Shown here: in pieces, positions 57,066-64,000 of the stretch
How the letters are laid out: every line of letters starts with the position of its first letter
How positions within the stretch are numbered: position 1 is the first letter of the stretch
From: the human T2T-CHM13v2.0 reference genome, Homo sapiens
NCBI RefSeq assembly: GCF_009914755.1
Contig: NC_060929.1
DNA: 64,000 nucleotides
Strand: one strand, 5' to 3'
Made by a program: the position numbers and the translations under genes
Notes under the pieces: model-generated
Databases searched by the model: none
Seen by the model: only the letters and a program-made list of their open reading frames with translations
Told to the model about the DNA's origin: nothing

Positions 57066-60000
57066 TTATATATATAGAGTTTGAATTGTAATTTCACTGC
57101 TCCAATCTTTACAGTTTTATAACCATGTTTACATTTAGTTATGTATAACAAATTTAATATAGAAGAACCAAGTTAAAATTAGTCATTTCTCAATAATGTA
57201 GAGAGCATGGGAATAAGTTAAATTGACTATCATGCTGCTAATGGGGGTTTTAAGTTTTATTAGGAAAATCTGTCTCATGTCTCGCAACAGAAGCAGAGAA
57301 GATGGCCCATAGGACAAAAATGCCATAAGTACAGTGATGTGAAACATCTGTGGGCAGACAGCTGCAAAGGTTGGAAAGGAACTTTTGTGGGAAAAGAATC
57401 GTGTTGATTTATGTTGGCTTCCTCAATAATAAAGTTGAAGGAATACTGGTAGTTTTCCAGAGCCAAAACTTCTCCATGTGAATGCACCTATTGGAAGGAC
57501 ACTGTTAGAATAATCTGGAATTGTTTTTACCTTTACAATAGTCATCAGAATACAGTGGTATTTATTCTTAAAATATCTCTTCGTAGATATTGTGCTTTAT
57601 AAAATTATTTCCTTTTGTGGAATGGTTGAAACAAATGGCACAAATCCTCAGATACACTGACTTGTGATCAAAATCAGCTGTTAAGTTGATGAAAAAGCCA
57701 CCCAAACTGAAAAGGAAGTCTGAGGTTTTCCATTCCAAGTAGTAGAATTAATTAACTTAATTATAAGCAGACCTTTTCTTTTTTAAAATAGGGCTCTAAA
57801 ATTATTGAAAACCCTTGTTTTTGGAAACAAAGTCACATAAATACTGGCTTTCTAGAACAGATTCTCTAGGACATATTGCTACCACTTTATTACACAGCAG
57901 GACTAGAGGAAGGAATGCAACAGCAAACTCCATAGTAATAATTGACAATGAAATCTAGTTATTTAGTTTTAAAAATATGAGTCAACTTTTAAAACACTAT
58001 AAACATATTTTCATAGCATTGTAGAAAGTTGCTAGCAGAGAGCTTGGATTGGAACATAGGAAGCCTGGATTCACAGCCCCTTTGGCCCTAATGCAATTGT
58101 ACCTGTTTCTAAGTTAATTTCATCAGCCAAGGAAATACTCAGAGGGAAAAAGTAAATTTAGCTTTTTTGTTGTTATTAATAATAATATGATTAAATTTTC
58201 TCTAATATGCTGTTTGCTAAGTATTTATATTATGTTTCCATGGGAACTTTTTCTGTATGTATCTTTTTACTATTTCCCCAAAGAATGCAGTTATAAGACA
58301 AACATGAAATTTGGCAGTTAAATGAAGTAATGGTTATGGAATTTCAGAGGATAGAGAATTGAATTAAAATAGTCATCCACATTTTGGGTTTTTAAGTTGT
58401 TCATGTCAATCAAAATAGAACAACGCTTCTTCCAGGAAATGAATGTAGAAAAAGCTTTTCTTTAAAAAGGGGAGGAAAAGGTTATTTAATGTTTTTAAAC
58501 TCCAACTCTTTTTTGGTTAGTTTTGTTTTAATATTAGAAAGATAAATAATGACAGACTTTAAAGAATATTTAAATGTATCATAATGTAAATAGCCCTCAA
58601 ATGTTCATGATAAAATCAGTGAAGCTGAGCTTTAAAATGGTCTGGGGAATGACCACAACTAATAACAGCTCGTGCCAGACAAAAAATAAGGAACCTGTTA
58701 CAGCCCTAGTCTGATTTACAATAAAATCACATCATTTTATGATTAAGTTTTTACAGAGCAAATGGAGCTAAAAGGTAGCCTGTTTTGTTTTTTGAGGGCT
58801 CCTGTTCTGGAATTATTAAAAATAAAAAAGAAGATACTATAGATACTATGGCTATTACACCTCTTTTCAGGGCAAACAAGCATTTACTCATAAAACTAGC
58901 TTTAAGTCCTATAGGATGTAGCAAAACAATAACTACAGGTTTCTTCAGGACAGTTCTTTTGAGTTCAGTGGCAACTATTAATAGGTTTTTATTTTTAAAA
59001 ATACTGATTTTTATTTTAAAAAAACAATCATTATATAGTAGGCTGCTGCCTTTTCCCTGTGTTGAGAAAGAATCTTGTTTACAAACTGTTGCTTTTATAC
59101 ACAATTTAAATTTCTTTCAACAGGCCAGGCCATTCTCTGTAAATCTGGAGCCATTATAATGCAGCATTTTATGATGACAGGTTACTTTATATTGCCTGAG
59201 CCTGTTCTTTCTGATGCTTAGGGTTGTTCCCAGTGATTTGTAATTACAGACCTAAAATACATTATGTGGGTACTTTACTTCCTGTTCTACATTTGTGTTT
59301 CAGGCTAAAGTAAGCCTGGAAACAAGATCCTTAGGAGATACAAACAGAGTGTGTAGAACATAGAACAAAATGTAGAACTACAACAAATGCCGACTAGCCT
59401 CTGCCAGGCACATTTTATAATTTATTAGAAACAAATCTACACCATGAAGTTGAAAGAAGGATGAAGACAAATGTCCAACACCTGGGATCAAGTGAAGAGT
59501 GGTATTAAAAAGTTTTAATATCCTGTTTTTATGAAAGTCTCCACATTATGGACAATGTAATGGTTTATATGTAACTTGGATACATTTCATGTGGCTTTTT
59601 TGTTGTTTTGCAATCTGAGACACACCCTCTCCCCTGAGATAATATGCAGCAACTTGAAAAGAAGGGAGCATGTGGAGAAAGCTGGAGACAGGGTACAGAA
59701 GCCTCCAGAAGAATAGTACTAAATTCTCCTGCGAGGCTTCAAGTTGACGCTGTAGTTTCTGGTAAATAAACAATCTACTGTATCTAAAATCTGCATTTAT
59801 ATTTTTGGGAGCTTTTCCTTATCTTAAAACTACATAATATTAATTTTCCTCAACTGGTAACAGTCATGCATACTTTTAGGTAAAAGCAGTGATAACCCTT
59901 ATAACGTAAAACAACTGATCAATTTATGACTATTAAGTGTTCAATTATCTGTCCTTGGGTTAATTCAAGTATAGTTTTAAGACTCCTCTCCATCACAGAA

Positions 60001-60119
60001 CATTTCTGGGCCACCCAAAAATACTCCCTACAAAATACTCAGGAGCACTTAACAAACACTGGGCATACAAGTTTTTATTAGTGACTTGTCTAATCAACTC
60101 TTTGAAATTATTTTTCTAG

Positions 60120-63080
60120 CTAAAGAGGCTACAACCATCGATTTGAGTATCCTCGCAGAAACTGCATCACCCAGTTTATCCAAAGAACCACAAATGGTTT
60201 CTGATAGAACTACACCAATCATCCCTTTAGTTGATGAATTACCTGTCATTCCAACAGAGTTCCCTCCCGTGGGAAATATTGTCAGTTTTGAACAGAAAGC
60301 CACAGTCCAACCTCAGGCTATCACAGATAGTTTAGCCACCAAATTACCCACACCTACTGGCAGTACCAAGAAGCCCTGGGATATGGATGACTACTCACCT
60401 TCTGCTTCAGGACCTCTTGGAAAGCTAGACATATCAGAAATTAAGGAAGAAGTGCTCCAGAGTACAACTGGCGTCTCTCATTATGCTACGGATTCATGGG
60501 ATGGTGTCGTGGAAGATAAACAAACACAAGAATCGGTTACACAGATTGAACAAATAGAAGTGGGTCCTTTGGTAACATCTATGGAAATCTTAAAGCACAT
60601 TCCTTCCAAGGAATTCCCTGTAACTGAAACACCATTGGTAACTGCAAGAATGATCCTGGAATCCAAAACTGAAAAGAAAATGGTAAGCACTGTTTCTGAA
60701 TTGGTAACCACAGGTCACTATGGATTCACCTTGGGAGAAGAGGATGATGAAGACAGAACACTTACAGTTGGATCTGATGAGAGCACCTTGATCTTTGACC
60801 AAATTCCTGAAGTCATTACGGTGTCAAAGACTTCAGAAGACACCATCCACACTCATTTAGAAGACTTGGAGTCAGTCTCAGCATCCACAACTGTTTCCCC
60901 TTTAATTATGCCTGATAATAATGGATCATCCATGGATGACTGGGAAGAGAGACAAACTAGTGGTAGGATAACGGAAGAGTTTCTTGGCAAATATCTGTCT
61001 ACTACACCTTTTCCATCACAGCATCGTACAGAAATAGAATTGTTTCCTTATTCTGGTGATAAAATATTAGTAGAGGGAATTTCCACAGTTATTTATCCTT
61101 CTCTACAAACAGAAATGACACATAGAAGAGAAAGAACAGAAACACTAATACCAGAGATGAGAACAGATACTTATACAGATGAAATACAAGAAGAGATCAC
61201 TAAAAGTCCATTTATGGGAAAAACAGAAGAAGAAGTCTTCTCTGGGATGAAACTCTCTACATCTCTCTCAGAGCCAATTCATGTTACAGAGTCTTCTGTG
61301 GAAATGACCAAGTCTTTTGATTTCCCAACATTGATAACAAAGTTAAGTGCAGAGCCAACAGAAGTAAGAGATATGGAGGAAGACTTTACAGCAACTCCAG
61401 GTACTACAAAATATGATGAAAATATTACAACAGTGCTTTTGGCCCATGGTACTTTAAGTGTTGAAGCAGCCACTGTATCAAAATGGTCATGGGATGAAGA
61501 TAATACAACATCCAAGCCTTTAGAGTCTACAGAACCTTCAGCCTCTTCAAAATTGCCCCCTGCCTTACTCACAACTGTGGGGATGAATGGAAAGGATAAA
61601 GACATCCCAAGTTTCACTGAAGATGGAGCAGATGAATTTACTCTTATTCCAGATAGTACTCAAAAGCAGTTAGAGGAGGTTACTGATGAAGACATAGCAG
61701 CCCATGGAAAATTCACAATTAGATTTCAGCCAACTACATCAACTGGTATTGCAGAAAAGTCAACTTTGAGAGATTCTACAACTGAAGAAAAAGTTCCACC
61801 TATCACAAGCACTGAAGGCCAAGTTTATGCAACCATGGAAGGAAGTGCTTTGGGTGAAGTAGAAGATGTGGACCTCTCTAAGCCAGTATCTACTGTTCCC
61901 CAATTTGCACACACTTCAGAGGTGGAAGGATTAGCATTTGTTAGTTATAGTAGCACCCAAGAGCCTACTACTTATGTAGACTCTTCCCATACCATTCCTC
62001 TTTCTGTAATTCCCAAGACAGACTGGGGAGTGTTAGTACCTTCTGTTCCATCAGAAGATGAAGTTCTAGGTGAACCCTCTCAAGACATACTTGTCATTGA
62101 TCAGACTCGCCTTGAAGCGACTATTTCTCCAGAAACTATGAGAACAACAAAAATCACAGAGGGAACAACTCAGGAAGAATTCCCTTGGAAAGAACAGACT
62201 GCAGAGAAACCAGTTCCTGCTCTCAGTTCTACAGCTTGGACTCCCAAGGAGGCAGTAACACCACTGGATGAACAAGAGGGCGATGGATCAGCATATACAG
62301 TCTCTGAAGATGAATTGTTGACAGGTTCTGAGAGGGTCCCAGTTTTAGAAACAACTCCAGTTGGAAAAATTGATCACAGTGTGTCTTATCCACCAGGTGC
62401 TGTAACTGAGCACAAAGTGAAAACAGATGAAGTGGTAACACTAACACCACGCATTGGGCCAAAAGTATCTTTAAGTCCAGGGCCTGAACAAAAATATGAA
62501 ACAGAAGGTAGTAGTACAACAGGATTTACATCATCTTTGAGTCCTTTTAGTACCCACATTACCCAGCTTATGGAAGAAACCACTACTGAGAAAACATCCC
62601 TAGAGGATATTGATTTAGGCTCAGGATTATTTGAAAAGCCCAAAGCCACAGAACTCATAGAATTTTCAACAATCAAAGTCACAGTTCCAAGTGATATTAC
62701 CACTGCCTTCAGTTCAGTAGACAGACTTCACACAACTTCAGCATTCAAGCCATCTTCCGCGATCACTAAGAAACCACCTCTCATCGACAGGGAACCTGGT
62801 GAAGAAACAACCAGTGACATGGTAATCATTGGAGAATCAACATCTCATGTTCCTCCCACTACCCTTGAAGATATTGTAGCCAAGGAAACAGAAACCGATA
62901 TTGATAGAGAGTATTTCACGACTTCAAGTCCTCCTGCTACACAGCCAACAAGACCACCCACTGTGGAAGACAAAGAGGCCTTTGGACCTCAGGCGCTTTC
63001 TACGCCACAGCCCCCAGCAAGCACAAAATTTCACCCTGACATTAATGTTTATATTATTGAGGTCAGAGAAAATAAGACAG
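60120..63080 (+). CDS. VCAN: VCAN exon 7 (GAG-alpha chondroitin sulfate attachment domain; included in V0/V2 isoforms)
   Basis: TTCTAG|CT; 2961-bp open frame, Ser/Thr/Glu-rich with Ser-Gly motifs, ending VYIIEVRENKT; AG|GTAAGT. Phase 1-1, so it can be skipped in frame. Confidence 0.98.
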
Positions 63081-64000
63081 GTAAGTCTTTGCTTTCTAGA
63101 CTAGCATTGAAGGCAATCCTCATTTTATCTTGAAAGTTACTTTTGGGGAAAAAAAGTCAACATACCAAATGCTGCTATTAGAAGATAACTGGAGTGTGAA
63201 AAATAAATGTTTTAGCTTCATATATTTGTACAAGAATTGGAAGAATATGTTAAACAATGTGGAAGAATGTTAGATACAATTTTATGTTAAAAGTCATAAG
63301 AAGCCCTGCTTTGTCATCTAATATAACCAAATCATCACTGTTACATCACTTCAAAACATGCAGAACAAAGTGTTTTAATTTCAGTGTCTTTTCATACATT
63401 ACTACTCAAGTGTAGCACTAGACTGTGTTAACATTCCATTGGTCTTTAACTATTAACCTTCAGTACTTACAATGTGGACGGCTAAAATCGTTTTGCATAT
63501 CCCTAAGGTTGACAGAAAGATATTTAAAGGTTTGCTTTGGTTTTTCTCTTCCAGGATTTTACAGGTTTATTATATGACTTGTGTGGTGGGTAATAGGTCT
63601 CTAATGTAAGTGTTATTTTAATGTAAATGCAACATATTCTTATGCTATTGTTTTGGGGTATTTTACTGTGGTTTTATCTATTTAGAGCAAGTACAACCTA
63701 GCTTAGTTGTAGGGAGTATTACAGTTTATTGTATTAAATATAATTTCAGAAGGTGGCTATATATTCATTATCCTTGCTTCCTAAAAACCAGGCTGTAGTG
63801 TTGTTCATTTTATGATTTAATTGTTTTACCGCTAGGAATATTTGTGATGCCTTCTATTCCACTCAAATATTTTAGCTCTCTGACAGAACTCTTAAAAGCT
63901 GTTTGTTTACATTGATTAATACTTGGAGTTGTCATGATCAAATACGATTTATTGCTGTCTAAAGGTGAGCCCACACCATCTTTTACATTTGATAAGCTGA

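Noticed and set aside
60094-62703. Antisense ORFs overlapping exon 7
   Set aside because: Shadow ORFs of a long biased coding exon.

Overview
Human/hominoid genomic DNA containing the 5' part of the versican gene (VCAN, + strand). It includes the CpG-island promoter (TATA, TCF/LEF sites, intron-1 p53 element), non-coding exon 1, and coding exons 2-7: signal peptide, Ig domain, two link modules of G1, and the 2961-bp GAG-alpha exon. The gene continues past the window end. About 8 kb upstream lies the 5' 4.6 kb of a young L1PA2/3-type LINE-1 on the minus strand. Its ORF1 and ORF2 are frameshifted, but its 5'UTR and ORF0 are intact and point toward VCAN. The introns carry Alus, a FAM, a full-length THE1 MaLR element, old L1/L2/MIR remnants and microsatellites. 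The most unusual observations are: (1) a short (CCCTAA)n telomeric array inserted into an AluY with a 15-16 bp flanking duplication; (2) a tandem plus fold-back templated insertion at the same Alu position in another Alu; (3) an inverted Alu pair apparently retrotransposed as one unit; and (4) L1 ORF0 splice donors in phase with VCAN exons. I see no evidence for a new protein-coding system. Repeat subfamily calls come from recalled consensus motifs, not alignments.
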